Shown here: positions 9,404 to 19,189 of the stretch, in pieces | How positions within the stretch are numbered: the first letter of the stretch is position 1 | Layout: every line of letters starts with the position of its first letter | Origin: Candidatus Zixiibacteriota bacterium | Lineage (GTDB): Bacteria; Zixibacteria; MSB-5A5; GN15; FEB-12 | DNA length: 64,000 nucleotides | Assembly (NCBI GenBank): GCA_024276275.1 | Contig: JAJRXM010000006.1 | Span: forward strand, 12,907-76,906 | Direction of reading: 5' to 3' | Program-made: the position numbers and the translations under genes | Notes under the pieces: generated by a model | The model's input: the letters and a program-made list of their open reading frames with translations, nothing else | What the model was told of the DNA's origin: nothing | Databases searched by the model: none

Positions 9404-11089
9404 TTAGGCGTTTTGCGTAACGGGTAAAGTTGCCGAGTTGTTTTGAGGAATATATTTATTCAATTCTACCATAAATGTAGTACCTTCTCCCATTTGAGAG
9501 CTAATACTGATCGAGAGGTTTTGTGCTGAGCAAATTCTATGTACTATAGCTAACCCAAGTCCGGTACCTTCTTTTTTAGTAGAATAAAAGGGCTGGTATA
9601 TATGCTTCAGATGATGACTTTCAATTCCCGGGCCGTTATCTTGAATATACAATTCTACAATATCAGTAGAATCATGGACTGCTAATCTGAAAGTTAATTC
9701 ACCGCCTTTCTCCCCCATTGCTTCACAAGCATTCATAGCTAAGTTCAAGAGAAGCTGCTTGAAAAGGCTTTCATCCCCAATTACATACATCATCGATTCA
9801 TCTGATTCTATATTTATTTTAATACCGGAATGAAAAGACTTATGGTGATATAGTATCTCGATTACTTCCGATATAAGATGCAGAAGTTCTACTTTATTAT
9901 ATGACGGTCTATCTATTCTGGCATAAACTAAAAACTCGTTTAAAATATGGGACAACCTATCGGATTCTTTCACAATCAAAGACATAAGTTTAGCGTTTTC
10001 TTCAGATACATCTAGCTCGCTTTTTAGCACTTCAACCGAACCGGAAATAGCAGCTAATGGGTTTCGAATTTCATGAGCAATAGATGCTGACAGTTCTCCG
10101 ACAGCTGCCAGTTGGTCTGACATCCGTACTTTTTCCTCCAGCACTTTAGCATCAGTTAAATCCGAAAAAATTGCTATCACCCCACGAATCTGATTATTTT
10201 TTTCGGTTAAAACCGATGTAGATAACCCGACCGGTTTGCTTTGATTTTTATTATTAACAACAAATATTTCTTTTCTCGGATATGCAACATGGTTTTGAAT
10301 CCCCTGCATTAATATCTCAGCAAGGTCCGGCATTCTCTCGGAGAAAACTGTTGTGCAGGCAACTCCTTTTATATTTTCCTCTTTATAGTCCAGAATTCTT
10401 TCAGCTGCTTTGTTGAAATAAATTATTGCTCCGGTACTATCTATAGATAAAAGTCCTGAGTTTAAATGCTTTAAAATATCATCGGTCTCCAGTTTAGCTT
10501 TTTGCAATGCTAATGAAGCATCGGCAAGTTCTATATCTCTTTTTCGCAATCTTTCCGCCAAGTAACCCGAGATAAATGCTATCAGATAAAAAATAAGTAT
10601 ATGCATGAAAATCGGATAGAATATTGAATCACCGACAGAAAAAATTGTTTGTAGTGATTTCATAGAGAGATGCTGTACATTGTCTCCCCCAAACCCAAAC
10701 CAGATAATTAGTGCATAGGCTGCTGAAACAGTTGATGCTAAGAGTAAAGTACCGATTAGTCTAAAGACTAAAGAAGCTGAAATAATTGTTAAAATTAAGA
10801 GTATAGAATATTGAGAGTTGATATTTCCGGTAGTATATATAATACTTGATTCAATAAAAATTTCTAGAATAAATTGACAGCCGATTAAAAAGGATGTCAG
10901 GTTTTGTAAATTGTGACGTTTGTCCGTTGCTAGAAGAATTGAAAATCCAAGCGTTGCTATTGAATACAGTACAAATTGAAAATGCATAAAGTCGGGGAAT
11001 TCCATCGAGACACCGACAATAGCTGTCAATATTATATATTGTGCTAGTCGAAACGGAAGAAATAAGTTTTGTACTTTTAAGGTATTCAT
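9404..11089 (-). CDS. pilS: PilS-like membrane sensor histidine kinase (TM-PAS-HisKA-HATPase)
   Basis: TM region with TGNINSQYS, PAS domain, AHEIRNPL H-box, N/G1/F/G2 boxes; follows pilC. Confidence 0.8.
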   Translation of the reverse strand: MNTLKVQNLFLPFRLAQYIILTAIVGVSMEFPDFMHFQFVLYSIATLGFSILLATDKRHNLQNLTSFLIGCQFILEIFIESSIIYTTGNINSQYSILLILTIISASLVFRLIGTLLLASTVSAAYALIIWFGFGGDNVQHLSMKSLQTIFSVGDSIFYPIFMHILIFYLIAFISGYLAERLRKRDIELADASLALQKAKLETDDILKHLNSGLLSIDSTGAIIYFNKAAERILDYKEENIKGVACTTVFSERMPDLAEILMQGIQNHVAYPRKEIFVVNNKNQSKPVGLSTSVLTEKNNQIRGVIAIFSDLTDAKVLEEKVRMSDQLAAVGELSASIAHEIRNPLAAISGSVEVLKSELDVSEENAKLMSLIVKESDRLSHILNEFLVYARIDRPSYNKVELLHLISEVIEILYHHKSFHSGIKINIESDESMMYVIGDESLFKQLLLNLAMNACEAMGEKGGELTFRLAVHDSTDIVELYIQDNGPGIESHHLKHIYQPFYSTKKEGTGLGLAIVHRICSAQNLSISISSQMGEGTTFMVELNKYIPQNNSATLPVTQNA

Positions 11090-11098
11090 GTAATAAAG

Positions 11099-11126
11099 AA
11101 GCGGTGCTTATTAGGCACCGCTTTTT
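11099..11126 (-). terminator. Terminator-like hairpin between pilC and pilS
   Basis: AAGCGGTGC-N7-GCACCGCTT, followed by a weak U tract on the minus strand. Confidence 0.65.
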
Positions 11127-11150
11127 ACAATCGTTTGTTTATTAATATTT

Positions 11151-12347
11151 TTATATTTTTCCAATAATATCAAACATTGGAAGATACATAGCTATCAAGA
11201 TACCACCGATAACAACACCCATGAACACAATAATAATCGGTTCAATAACTGATGTTAAGGCAGTCACTGCTTCATCTACTTCTTCGTCGTAGAAGTCAGC
11301 AATTTTGTTAAGCATTTCATCAAGCCCACCTGTTTTTTCACCTACGGCAATCATCTGAGTTACCATTGGAGGGAATACCCCGGTTTCTTTTAACGGAGCA
11401 GTAATAGTATCACCCTCGGCAATAGCAAGAACCGATTTGTTAATAGCATTTGCTATTACCAAGTTACCCGCTGTTTTCGCAGTAATTTCCAGAGCTTCTA
11501 AAATTGATACACCTGAAGCCAACAGAGTACCGAGAGTTCTTGTAAACCGGGCAACAGATGACTTTCTTACTAACGTACCGATAACCGGCATGTGCAGTAA
11601 GATTTTATCCCACATCAAAGCACCTTGAGGTGTTTTTTTCCACCATATAAACAACGCTCCTAAACCGATTCCACCCAAAGTGAGATACATCATATTATCT
11701 TGTAAGAAATTCGATATTATTAAAACGACTTGTGTAGGCATCGGAAGCTCAGCATTCAAACCTCCAAACATCTTTGCAAATACAGGTACAATAAAGGCTA
11801 ACATACCGATAGTTACACCGGCGGCAACGACAACAATAACAGCCGGGTAAATCATGGCACCCTTTACTTTTCGAATCAATTGATCAGCTTTTTCACGATA
11901 GACAGCTAGTCTGTTTAGAATAGCATCTAAAGCACCACCGACTTCACCCGCTTCAACCATGTTGGTATATAATGTATCAAAAATTTTCGGATGACGAGCC
12001 AATGCTTCTGATAAAGTTGCACCGCCTTGTACTGAATCTTTTACTTGCACAACGATTTTTGCCAGTTCTTTATTTTCCATCTGAGAAGATAGAATATCTA
12101 AACATTGTACCATCGGTAAACCTGCACCGATCATAGTAGCAAATTGTCTTGTAAATCTTGATACATCAAGCCTTGCAACACCAGTACCGAATTTAATTTC
12201 GATATTAGCAGCTTTTTTTGATATAGATTTTACAATAATTCTATTCTGTCTGAGAATCCGCTCTAGGTCAGCTTTATTATCTGCTTTAATTTCGCCTGAA
12301 ACAGCAGCTCCTGCGAGAGTTTTTCCTTTATATTCAAATACCGGCAC
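11151..12347 (-). CDS. pilC: Type IV pilus platform protein PilC (T2SS F family)
   Basis: FTRQFATMIGAG, MVEAGEVGGALD, VGEKTGGLD, EPIII...MYLPMF. Confidence 0.95.
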   Translation of the reverse strand: MPVFEYKGKTLAGAAVSGEIKADNKADLERILRQNRIIVKSISKKAANIEIKFGTGVARLDVSRFTRQFATMIGAGLPMVQCLDILSSQMENKELAKIVVQVKDSVQGGATLSEALARHPKIFDTLYTNMVEAGEVGGALDAILNRLAVYREKADQLIRKVKGAMIYPAVIVVVAAGVTIGMLAFIVPVFAKMFGGLNAELPMPTQVVLIISNFLQDNMMYLTLGGIGLGALFIWWKKTPQGALMWDKILLHMPVIGTLVRKSSVARFTRTLGTLLASGVSILEALEITAKTAGNLVIANAINKSVLAIAEGDTITAPLKETGVFPPMVTQMIAVGEKTGGLDEMLNKIADFYDEEVDEAVTALTSVIEPIIIVFMGVVIGGILIAMYLPMFDIIGKI

Positions 12348-12373
12348 AGCTTATTCCTTTCCTTAAACTTTCT

Positions 12374-13450
12374 TTAGAAAGCAGGTGCTTTCTGATGTTT
12401 AGACATCATCTCACCCAATTCCTGTGCATTATGACTATAGTTCATCGCGTCATTTATTGTTATTTTATTATTTGTATATGATTCAAGTAATGATTGATTC
12501 ATTGTTCTCATACCGTATTTTTGTCCACCTTGCAGCATTGAATAAATTTGGTGTACTTTGTCATCACGAATTAAAGCACGAATAGCCGGAGTTACGACCA
12601 TTATCTCCATAGCCATCACACGTCCGCCACCTATTTTGGGAATCAAGGTTTGAGAAATTATCGCTTGTAAACTAAATGAAAGTGAAACGCGTATCTGTGC
12701 TTGTTGGTTAGCCGGAAAAGCATCGATAATTCTGTTGATAGATTCTGCTGCCGAGTTTGTATGCAAGGTTGCAAATGCCAAGTGACCTGTTTCGGCAATT
12801 GACAAGGCTGATTCAATTGTTTCTAAATCCCTCATCTCACCAATTAGGACTACATCGGGGTCTTCGCGAAGTGCGTACTTTAATGCCGATGCAAATGAAG
12901 GTGTATCTGAAAATACCTCGCGTTGATTTATGATAGCGGTTTGATGCCTGTGCAGATACTCAATAGGGTCCTCAACAGTAATAATATGAACCGGACGTTC
13001 ACGATTTACTTTATCAATAATTGATGCAAGCGTAGTTGATTTACCAGAGCCTGTCGGTCCTGTTACTAATACTAATCCACGTGGTAGCTTTGAAAGGTCT
13101 GCAATTACTTTAGGCAGGCCTAACTCTTCAAATGACTTTATCTCGTACGGAATCTGCCTGATAGCAATAGCCATGTTCCCTCGTTGCATAAACACATTAC
13201 AGCGAAAGCGACTCATTTGTTCAATACCAAAAGAGAAATCTAATTCTGAATTCTGTTCAAATTTCAGTTTTTGTTTTTCATTTAACATTGAATAACCAAT
13301 TTTTTTTGTTTGGTCAGATGTTAGAGCATCAAAATTTAACCGTTGTAACTTCCCGTCTACTCTTACAACAGGAGGGATACCTACTGTAATATGCAAATCA
13401 GAGGCGTTCATTTTAACCATTAATTCAAGTAATTCACGTAAAGAAACCAT
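12374..13450 (-). CDS. pilT: Type IV pilus retraction ATPase PilT
   Basis: GPTGSGKSTT, ALREDPD, TLHTNSA, AIRALIRD (AIRNLIRE-type motif), GMRTM. Confidence 0.97.
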   Translation of the reverse strand: MVSLRELLELMVKMNASDLHITVGIPPVVRVDGKLQRLNFDALTSDQTKKIGYSMLNEKQKLKFEQNSELDFSFGIEQMSRFRCNVFMQRGNMAIAIRQIPYEIKSFEELGLPKVIADLSKLPRGLVLVTGPTGSGKSTTLASIIDKVNRERPVHIITVEDPIEYLHRHQTAIINQREVFSDTPSFASALKYALREDPDVVLIGEMRDLETIESALSIAETGHLAFATLHTNSAAESINRIIDAFPANQQAQIRVSLSFSLQAIISQTLIPKIGGGRVMAMEIMVVTPAIRALIRDDKVHQIYSMLQGGQKYGMRTMNQSLLESYTNNKITINDAMNYSHNAQELGEMMSKHQKAPAF

Positions 13451-13505
13451 ACTTATATCTCCAGATAGATTTATAGTCGTAAGTAAAATTTGTATTTCTC
13501 TACTA

Positions 13506-13532
13506 TTATCGGTAAAAAAGCCGAATTCTTGA
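13506..13532 (-). promoter_or_regulatory. Putative sigma28 promoter for pilT-pilC
   Basis: Minus strand reads TCAAG-N14-ACCGATAA in the pilB-pilT gap. Confidence 0.7.
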
Positions 13533-13595
13533 AAGAAAAATAGACGTTTTTTGAATGATAAGTGGTTGAAAGACAGTTAATTTAGAATAGTGCAG

Positions 13596-15296
13596 CTAAC
13601 TTGAGACAGAAGTTGTAGAAACGACTTCCTCAAGTGCAACATCGCCGTTTTTCATTTTCTCAACAGCGCACATACGTAAAGAGAACATACCCTCACTTAA
13701 AGCACATTTACGTATATCAGAATCAGGTGCTTTTTTAAGTATCAAATGTTCGATATCGCTGGAAATAGGCATTACTTCATAAATACCGGTACGCCCCGCT
13801 TTTCCGGTTTGATTGCAGTCAGAACAGCCTTTCCCCTTAAATGCTCGAATTCCTTTTAATACATCATCCGGTACTTTAAGGTTTTTTACCTGTTCTTCAG
13901 TAAGATTTATTTCTTCTTTGCAGTTTTTACAAATCTTTTTCATCATTCTCTGAGCCATAATAAGTTTTGTGGCAGATGCAACCAGATAAAAAGGAACATC
14001 CATATCAATCAGACGATTTATAGACGATGGAGCATCGTTGGTATGTAGAGTCGAGAAAACTAAGTGACCTGTAAGAGCAGCACGAATAGCAATCTCGGCA
14101 GTTTCACCGTCACGAATCTCACCGACCATGATTACATCAGGATCCTGACGAAGGAACGATCTTAAGGCAGCTGCGAAAGTCATACCGATTTCCGATTTCA
14201 CCGCAACCTGATTGATTCCATCAAAGTTAAACTCAACAGGATCTTCCGCAGTCATAATATTAATATCAATAGTATTGATTTGCTTTAATGCCGAATACAA
14301 TGTTGTAGTTTTACCCGAACCGGTTGGCCCTGTTACTAAGATTATTCCGTAAGGTAAATGTATTTTATCTTCAAACTTTTTTAAATCTTCTTTTCTGAAC
14401 CCCAGTATAGTCATATCGACCATGAGTGCCATCGGGTCTAAAATACGCATTACGACTTTTTCACCGAAGATTGTAGGAAGAACAGAGACACGCAAATCAA
14501 CAGTACGCCCTGAAATTTTAATTTTAATACGTCCATCCTGCGGTAATCGTCGTTCGGAGATATCAAGTTCTGACATGATTTTAATACGAGAAACTATGGC
14601 AGCTCGGTATTTAAACGGAAGAGGTGCCATCTCACGAAGTTCCCCATCAATTCTGTAACGCACTCGAATACGTTTCTCATACATTTCAAAGTGAATATCA
14701 GATGCGCCCATACGAATAGCATCAGAAATAATTGAGTCAACTAATTTAACAAGAGGTTTATCTTGAATTTGCGAAAGTAAATCAGATTCAGACGGACCGT
14801 CATCTTCTGAAACAACTTCTAAATCAGAATCTTCTTCAAGCCCTTTCACTATTTCAGATAATGCTCCTGCGTCGACATAATAAGTATCAATTGCCTTTTC
14901 AATAGCTTTCTCGGGAGAGATAACCGGTTGAACAGTACAGCCGGTAATAAATTTAATCGCATCTAAAACATAGATGTTATTAGGGTCAGAAATAGCGACT
15001 AATAAATTTTTATTTAATTTAGTAATTGCAATTACTTTAAATTTACGGGCAATATCAAGAGGGATAAGTTTAACTACAGAGGGATTGAGTTCAATATCGT
15101 TGAGACGTAATGTACCGATTTTAAGGTTTTTTCCAACTAACTTTGCAATTTCATCCTGCGATGCAATAGCACCGATACTAACTAAGGCATCCTGAAAGTT
15201 TTCTTTATTCTTCGTAGCATGTGCTTTAGCTTTTTCAGCTTGTTCTGTTGTTATTTTACCGGCTTGCACCAGCATGGTGCTTAAATCTGATGACAT
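13596..15296 (-). CDS. pilB: Type IV pilus extension ATPase PilB
   Basis: ERRLPQDGRI, GPTGSGKTTT, LRQDPD, tetracysteine motif CKNC/CSDC. Confidence 0.95.
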   Translation of the reverse strand: MSSDLSTMLVQAGKITTEQAEKAKAHATKNKENFQDALVSIGAIASQDEIAKLVGKNLKIGTLRLNDIELNPSVVKLIPLDIARKFKVIAITKLNKNLLVAISDPNNIYVLDAIKFITGCTVQPVISPEKAIEKAIDTYYVDAGALSEIVKGLEEDSDLEVVSEDDGPSESDLLSQIQDKPLVKLVDSIISDAIRMGASDIHFEMYEKRIRVRYRIDGELREMAPLPFKYRAAIVSRIKIMSELDISERRLPQDGRIKIKISGRTVDLRVSVLPTIFGEKVVMRILDPMALMVDMTILGFRKEDLKKFEDKIHLPYGIILVTGPTGSGKTTTLYSALKQINTIDINIMTAEDPVEFNFDGINQVAVKSEIGMTFAAALRSFLRQDPDVIMVGEIRDGETAEIAIRAALTGHLVFSTLHTNDAPSSINRLIDMDVPFYLVASATKLIMAQRMMKKICKNCKEEINLTEEQVKNLKVPDDVLKGIRAFKGKGCSDCNQTGKAGRTGIYEVMPISSDIEHLILKKAPDSDIRKCALSEGMFSLRMCAVEKMKNGDVALEEVVSTTSVSS

Positions 15297-15339
15297 TACT
15301 TACATTCTCTTTTTTATATTTTTACAACTGTCTTTTAAG

Positions 15340-15828
15340 TTAATCCTGAAAAATATCATCAAGTTTATCTTCTGCTTGAGCAGCAAAATCTGAATCAATT
15401 CCGGATTGTTTATCCCGATCAGAATTTTGAATATCTGTAAAAACTTTTCTGAGTTCGGCACTAGTTTCTTTTGCATACAAACGTACCATACCGATTGTAG
15501 TTCTGTCATCAAAGATTACAACTAGAATTGACCTTTCTCCAACAATAGACATGTGGATATGATCTTTTTTTCCCTGATGAAACAAAACAGAGAACTCGGG
15601 TTCGCCGACTAATTTGGCAATTTCTTTTGTTGAAGCAAATGACCCTGCCAACAAAGCTGCCAAGGCAGTTGTATCTAATGAGTGCGTAAATCCCTGACGA
15701 GTTATCAGATGTCCGTCTTTATCAACTAAAAGAGCACATTTTGCTTCAGCACCTTTTAACATTTTTGAAATCAACGCATCAATCTTGTTAATCTCTTCTT
15801 CGTAGAAAATTAAATTATCTTCAGCCAT
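15340..15828 (-). CDS. mglB: MglB roadblock/LC7 GTPase-activating protein
   Basis: Closely resembles Myxococcus MglB (YEEE..KI, LVDKDG, DTTALAAL.AG, VVIFD.RT..G.VRL) including the acidic C-terminal helix DDIF. Confidence 0.9.
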   Translation of the reverse strand: MAEDNLIFYEEEINKIDALISKMLKGAEAKCALLVDKDGHLITRQGFTHSLDTTALAALLAGSFASTKEIAKLVGEPEFSVLFHQGKKDHIHMSIVGERSILVVIFDDRTTIGMVRLYAKETSAELRKVFTDIQNSDRDKQSGIDSDFAAQAEDKLDDIFQD

Positions 15829-15845
15829 TTTGACCTCCGTGAGGA

Positions 15846-16832
15846 CTATTTTAAACCGAACAATCTTTTAAAGAATCCTCGTTTTTTCTCCTTACGTGTT
15901 TTCATAGAAGGAGCCATCGAGGGAACATGCACTGATGTATCATCGGCATTATTCTTCGCAGGTTGTTCAATATTTTTTACTTGTTGAGTAGAAGCACCGT
16001 CAGTCGCTGATTGTTGCGATTGGGATGGTTCCGTTTTAACTTGTTTTATTTTTTGAGACATACTTCCCGGATACGGTCTGTGTTGTTCGTCAACATCAGA
16101 AACCGCAGTTGCGGTAGCCGAGGAAACAGGTTGCATCGGTTCATTTGGTTGTTGTAAGACCGGAGGAACTGAATCTTGTATACCTTGTTGAGCAGGTTGT
16201 ACATCATCCGGTTGTTCAAGTACAACAGCTTTCTTAGCAGCAGGTGAAGCAGTATCTTTTGCTTTGTTCAAAACAATTTTGATAATACCTTTTAGAGTAT
16301 CAAAGACTCCGTTACCAACTGTAGCAGATGCGACAAAGAATGGACGTCCTTTAGGGTTCAATTGTGGATTTAGTTGCTCAGGTCCTAAGACACCCGGTAA
16401 ATCACATTTGTTATATTGAATCACAAAAGGGAGCTCATCTATATCATATCCGTATTCAACGAGGTTATCTTCTAAGTTAGAAAGAGATTCAATATTTTCA
16501 TCCATTTTATCAGGTTGACTATCAGCCACAAATACAACACCGTCAACACCACGTAAAACTAATTTACGTGTAGCATTATAATACACCTGTCCCGGAACAG
16601 TATAGAGTTGAAATTTTGCCGCAAATCCATTTATAGAACCGATATTTATCGGCAGGAAGTCAAAATACAACGTTCGGTCAGCTTCAGTCGCCAGCGAAAT
16701 CATTTTTCCGCGAGTATTAGACGGTACTTTGGAATGTACATAGAGCAAGTTTGTGGTCTTGCCTGACAAACCGGGACCGTAATACACAATTTTGCAACAA
16801 ACTTCTCTTGATGAATAGTTTATCGATACCAT
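15846..16832 (-). CDS. mglA: MglA small Ras-like GTPase with ~135-aa C-terminal extension
   Basis: KIVYYGPGLSGKTTNL, DRTLYFDFLP, YTVPGQVYY, NKCD; tail ends KKRGFFKRLFGLK. Confidence 0.92.
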   Translation of the reverse strand: MVSINYSSREVCCKIVYYGPGLSGKTTNLLYVHSKVPSNTRGKMISLATEADRTLYFDFLPINIGSINGFAAKFQLYTVPGQVYYNATRKLVLRGVDGVVFVADSQPDKMDENIESLSNLEDNLVEYGYDIDELPFVIQYNKCDLPGVLGPEQLNPQLNPKGRPFFVASATVGNGVFDTLKGIIKIVLNKAKDTASPAAKKAVVLEQPDDVQPAQQGIQDSVPPVLQQPNEPMQPVSSATATAVSDVDEQHRPYPGSMSQKIKQVKTEPSQSQQSATDGASTQQVKNIEQPAKNNADDTSVHVPSMAPSMKTRKEKKRGFFKRLFGLK

Positions 16833-16847
16833 AGTGATATTCCTGTT

Positions 16848-17189
16848 TTATGCATTCACTTTTAACTTACTGATTGCATTTTTAATCTCTAATCGGATCA
16901 ATCCGATATTAACCGATTTTTCGGTTGTAACGACTAATATCCCTAAGCCGGCATCAGTAAAAAACAACTTACCTTCATCCGCTTCAATAGTAACTTGTTT
17001 GAGCGGTGTAGTTTTTAATCTATCCAAAGATTTTTGGATGTTTGCGGTTATTGATGCCGCCAAAGCACCAATAGTATCGCCTTCAAATGATTCATCGAGA
17101 TCAGCGGCAATAACAATACCGTCGTGTCCGACAACCATAGAACCGGTAATACCGGTTGTTTTGTTTAGTTCATTTAATACATCATACAT
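16848..17189 (-). CDS. Stand-alone roadblock/LC7 protein (MglB/MglC-like)
   Basis: GITGSMVVGHDGIVIAA...GALAA...NIGLIRLEI. Start MYDVL at 17189 after GGAGAG, overlapping the upstream stop. Confidence 0.85.
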   Translation of the reverse strand: MYDVLNELNKTTGITGSMVVGHDGIVIAADLDESFEGDTIGALAASITANIQKSLDRLKTTPLKQVTIEADEGKLFFTDAGLGILVVTTEKSVNIGLIRLEIKNAISKLKVNA

Positions 17190-18168
17190 ATATTCTCTCC
17201 GCGTTCCCGATAAGTTTTTCATCATATCGTTCTGCTGTATAGATTCTTATCATTTCAAGAGCCTGGTTAATACGTATATTTAAAATGTCATCCATGGAAC
17301 GTTCCGAGATGACAACCAAGGTATAATAGTTTTCAGATGCGATAATCAATCTTTGATTTTCAAACATCATATCAGTTTTTTCAGGTACAGTCAGTTGCAT
17401 TTTATGTAATGTCATTTTGTTTTGTTCAACAATCGGTAACACCAACGGTGCAATATCTTCCGCCTCAAACATTGCTCTTTGATAACTTGACAACAACAGA
17501 CCTTCATAGTCAACAACTGCCGCCATTAGTACGGTACCGTTTTCACCGATATAATTCACCGCTTTCTGAAATCCGATTTCATTTACCGAACTCTTTTGTG
17601 ACGACCTAAACGGTTGGGATTCAGAAAGTTGCGAAGTAACTTGAGGTTGTTCTTTGTTGATGTTTTCTTTTGTAACAACAAACGATGACGCACCTGCTAA
17701 ATGGCTTTTATCAACAGTTGGCTCATTGAGAGATGCCGCAGGTTTCGGAGTAGTCGCGTAGAATTTTTTTTGAGCGATAAATATCGGTTTTAAAATAAAA
17801 GGTGTCGCTAAAACATGTGAACCGACTGCCGGCCAGAAAGATGATGTTCCAAACGATATAGTAACACCTAGATTCATGTCATACATTAAGGCAATCAATC
17901 CTCCCAACATAACACCCAAAACATATCGAGCGACAAAACAAATAGTAGCATTTGTAAACAATCTTGCTAAAGTCGTCTCTTTGTTAAAGAAGAAGAGACA
18001 AAAACCGTAAAATACTATTTCCAATGCTATGGTAGTAAAAGAGGCATTCACCATAGATGACTGCATTAATTTTGTACCCAATAATACAGGGAACAATACC
18101 ATCGGTATAATTAATACAAACAACGCAAACAAAACCATTTGTCTTATAATACGTCCATCAATTTCCAT
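17182..18168 (-). CDS. Membrane protein (about 4 TM) with C-terminal roadblock/LC7 domain
   Basis: Hydrophobic N-terminal ~130 aa, S/P/Q-rich linker, then VLMAAVVDYEGLLLS roadblock-like motif. Confidence 0.7.
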   Translation of the reverse strand: MEIDGRIIRQMVLFALFVLIIPMVLFPVLLGTKLMQSSMVNASFTTIALEIVFYGFCLFFFNKETTLARLFTNATICFVARYVLGVMLGGLIALMYDMNLGVTISFGTSSFWPAVGSHVLATPFILKPIFIAQKKFYATTPKPAASLNEPTVDKSHLAGASSFVVTKENINKEQPQVTSQLSESQPFRSSQKSSVNEIGFQKAVNYIGENGTVLMAAVVDYEGLLLSSYQRAMFEAEDIAPLVLPIVEQNKMTLHKMQLTVPEKTDMMFENQRLIIASENYYTLVVISERSMDDILNIRINQALEMIRIYTAERYDEKLIGNAERIYV

Positions 18169-18186
18169 ACTTTATCCTTCAACTAT

Positions 18187-19086
18187 TTACCGGTACATAC
18201 CGAGTAAACTTTCAATTTTCATTCGTAAACTACCGAGGTTCGATTTTTCACCTGCGACAAAAACAAATAGTCCGATATCAACCCGTTGTACATAGTAGGT
18301 ATATCCGGTTGCTTCAATCAAAACAGTTTTAAAGTTCCCAAAAGATGATTCCATCAATTCCTGAGAAAGAAGTAAACTTAAGTCGCCGAGTGTAGCCCCA
18401 CAAAGTTCTACCTCGGTTTTGAGTGTCCACTCAGACTCTAAGACCAGTCCTTCTTTGTTGACTAAAAAGAGTCCGTCAACACCAACAATTTTGATTCCTT
18501 GTTCAATAACATCTTGTGCTGAAAGCTCTGTTTTTTCAACTACAGGTTGTGCAATAACAGGTGTTGGTATTTCAGCTTTTTCAAATTCCTTACTTGTCGT
18601 CATAATAGTTTTTTCTTCGCTTGCATTACTATTATAATTTTCAGTCTGAATTAGCACCTTCTGTTCTTCAGGTATTTTTTTGGCAATATCTAAAAGTCTA
18701 TTTATTTGGGTATTATACGGGTCAGCGTTATGTAGTTTTTTCAACAATTTAATTGCTGTTTGAAATTCCCCCCGATAGATATAAATTTCAGATAACAACA
18801 ACTCAATAGTTCTACTTTTGCCGTCAATTTCGGCAGCTTTTTTCGCTTCAACCATAGCCCAATCATATAGACCTCTATCAAGGTTGATTTTAGCCATAAC
18901 AACGTGAGCAGCTCCGTAAGACGGATGTATTTTTAACCCGCTTTGACAGACCCGAAAAGCGTTATCAAAATCGCCTTTTTTTCGGTAAGCATCTGCTAAT
19001 GCGGCAAAAATCTGCGAATTAGGATCAACATCAAGAATCTTCCGACATTTATCAATCCGCTCATCTATTTCAATAGAACTTATCAT
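18187..19086 (-). CDS. TPR-repeat protein with C-terminal roadblock/LC7 domain
   Basis: DPNSQIFAALADAYRKKG TPRs; GVDGLFLVNKEGLVL...NLGSLRMKI roadblock pattern. Confidence 0.8.
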   Translation of the reverse strand: MISSIEIDERIDKCRKILDVDPNSQIFAALADAYRKKGDFDNAFRVCQSGLKIHPSYGAAHVVMAKINLDRGLYDWAMVEAKKAAEIDGKSRTIELLLSEIYIYRGEFQTAIKLLKKLHNADPYNTQINRLLDIAKKIPEEQKVLIQTENYNSNASEEKTIMTTSKEFEKAEIPTPVIAQPVVEKTELSAQDVIEQGIKIVGVDGLFLVNKEGLVLESEWTLKTEVELCGATLGDLSLLLSQELMESSFGNFKTVLIEATGYTYYVQRVDIGLFVFVAGEKSNLGSLRMKIESLLGMYR

Positions 19087-19147
19087 ATATCTTATAACTG
19101 TTTTCCAATTAAAACGTTACGAAAATCTCATATTTCTCTAAAGGGTA

Positions 19148-19176
19148 AATATATACCATATAAAAACTTATGTCAA
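19148..19176 (-). promoter_or_regulatory. Putative sigma70 promoter internal to the mgl cluster
   Basis: TTGACA-N17-TATATT upstream of the TPR-roadblock gene. Confidence 0.55.
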
Positions 19177-19189
19177 CTTTATAATACTA

